This document shows positions 62,591 to 64,000 of a stretch of DNA of 64,000 nucleotides, in pieces. The notes under the pieces are model-generated. The model did no database searches. It worked only from the letters and a program-made list of their open reading frames with translations, and was not told the origin of the DNA. Position numbers and translations under genes: made by a program. Positions within the stretch are counted from its first letter, which is position 1; each line of letters begins with the position of its first letter. Location: positions 26,786,001 to 26,850,000 of the forward strand of contig CM075987.1 in NCBI GenBank assembly GCA_038087875.1. The letters are read 5' to 3'. The DNA is from Malacoraja senta (taxonomy: Eukaryota).

Positions 62591-62997
62591 TAAACCAAAA
62601 TAAAGTTGTTCTTGATTTTGAGGGATATTTCTTTTACACCATCTTACTTTCCCTGTAGTGTCAAGAGAAAGACCCAAACACTGATGTTACACTTGTTTTT
62701 TCAACTAACTAGTATGTTTTGCAAAGCTCTCAGTCTACGAAGACATTACCAATTCACCCAGAGCTATACATTCCCCTATTTTGTCACTTAATTAAAGATC
62801 TGAAGTGAAAATATGTTCAACCCTGTCTGGTAAATAATACTAATTAAAATGTTAATTAATTAACACTGCAGTTAATTATCATTAAAAGTATTTATATAAA
62901 AGAATTGTGAAACTTAAAGTACAGAAATACATTTGTCACAGATCTGATTAAACTGAGAAAGCTTTCCTTTTATGCAGGAAGGAACTGCAGATGTAAG

Positions 62998-63308
62998 GCA
63001 GCATGGTGGTGCAGCGGTAGAGTTGCTGCCTTATAGCGCCGGAGAATCGGGTTCGATCCTGACAACAGGTGCTGTCTGTACAGAGTTTGTACGTTCTCCC
63101 CGTGACCTGCGTGGGTTTTCTCCAAGATCTTCGGTTTCCTCCCACACTCCAAAGACGTACAGGTTTGTAGGTTAATTGGCTTGGTGTAAATGTAAATTGT
63201 CCCCAGTGTGGGTGGGTAAGATAATGTTAGTGTGCGGGGATCGCTGGTCAGCACGGACTCGGTGGGCCGAAGGGCCTGTTTCCACGCTGTATCTATAAAC
63301 TAAACTAT
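62998..63308 (+). mobile_element. HE1-like V-SINE
   Basis: Boxes A and B, V domain, tail. Confidence 0.9.
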
Positions 63309-63631
63309 ATCTAAGATGCTGAAAGAAGACGGACACAAAATGCTCTATAATTGGTGAACTTGTAAATGTAAGCGACTATTAATTTGATGAAATGAAAGAT
63401 CAGCTAATTATTTGTTCTGGAGATAGACACAAAATGGTGGAGTAATTCAGTGGGTCTGGCAGCATCTCTGCAGAAAAAGTATGTGACGTTTCGGGACGTT
63501 TCTTCAGACCTTCCTTGTGTTCTATTGTGTAATTTAGAATTACATATAAAGGGCTGATTAATCTATCCAGTCAAAGTACTGCTTGTGAAGAAGCAGCCAT
63601 TCCCAATCTGTTTGCCTTGCTTGTTCACATA

Positions 63632-64000
63632 TCAGAGTGAGGCTAAACGCAAATTGGAGGAACAGCATCTCATATTTCGCTTGGGCAGCTTACACCCCAG
63701 CGGTATGAATATTGACTTCTCTAACTTCAGGTAGCCCCGGCATTCCCTCTCTCTCCATCCCTCCCCCACCCAAGTCGCACCAAGTTCTCCTCTTCACCCA
63801 ACAAACAGCCCAACAACGGCCTGTTTCATTTATCATCGTTAATTTTTTGCATATCTTTTATTCATTGTTCCTTATCTCTCCGCATCACCATCTATATCTC
63901 TCGTTTCCCTTACCCCTACCCAGTCTGAAGCAGGGTCTCGACCCGAAATGTCACCCATTCCTTCTCTCCAGAGATGCCGCCTGTCCCGCTGAGTTACTCC
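63632..64000 (+). mobile_element. Penelope-like element 3' part, running off the window end
   Basis: QSEAKRKLEEQHLIFRLGSLHPSGMNIDFSNFR*, then UTR and a degenerate hammerhead core. Confidence 0.9.

Overview
Eukaryotic, repeat-dense, apparently intronic or intergenic DNA. The tRNA-derived V-SINEs of HE1 type, paired with CR1 LINE 3' ends, point to a cartilaginous fish, probably a skate or ray (inference). I recognised no host-gene exon; every ORF I could assign is a retroelement fragment or a translated simple repeat. The window holds: dozens of HE1-like V-SINEs; 5'-truncated CR1 LINEs of at least four tail types; Penelope-like elements (GIY-YIG C-terminus plus a terminal repeat with a hammerhead-ribozyme-like core); Rex1/Babar, RTE and Vingi-like LINE fragments; PIF/Harbinger-type non-autonomous elements with TAA/TTA target duplications; several tandem repeats; and one 200-N gap. 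Best leads: (1) 90-240 bp hammerhead-core mini-elements with their own 9-14 bp TSDs, often folded back at the core; (2) GC-rich non-coding elements with Rex1-type 3' ends whose hairpins show compensatory changes; (3) a 3.7 kb nested insertion (SINE > Harbinger-like > Rex1 plus purine array); (4) unusually long flanking or templated duplications. Not every repeat copy is listed. Boundaries without a stated TSD are approximate.
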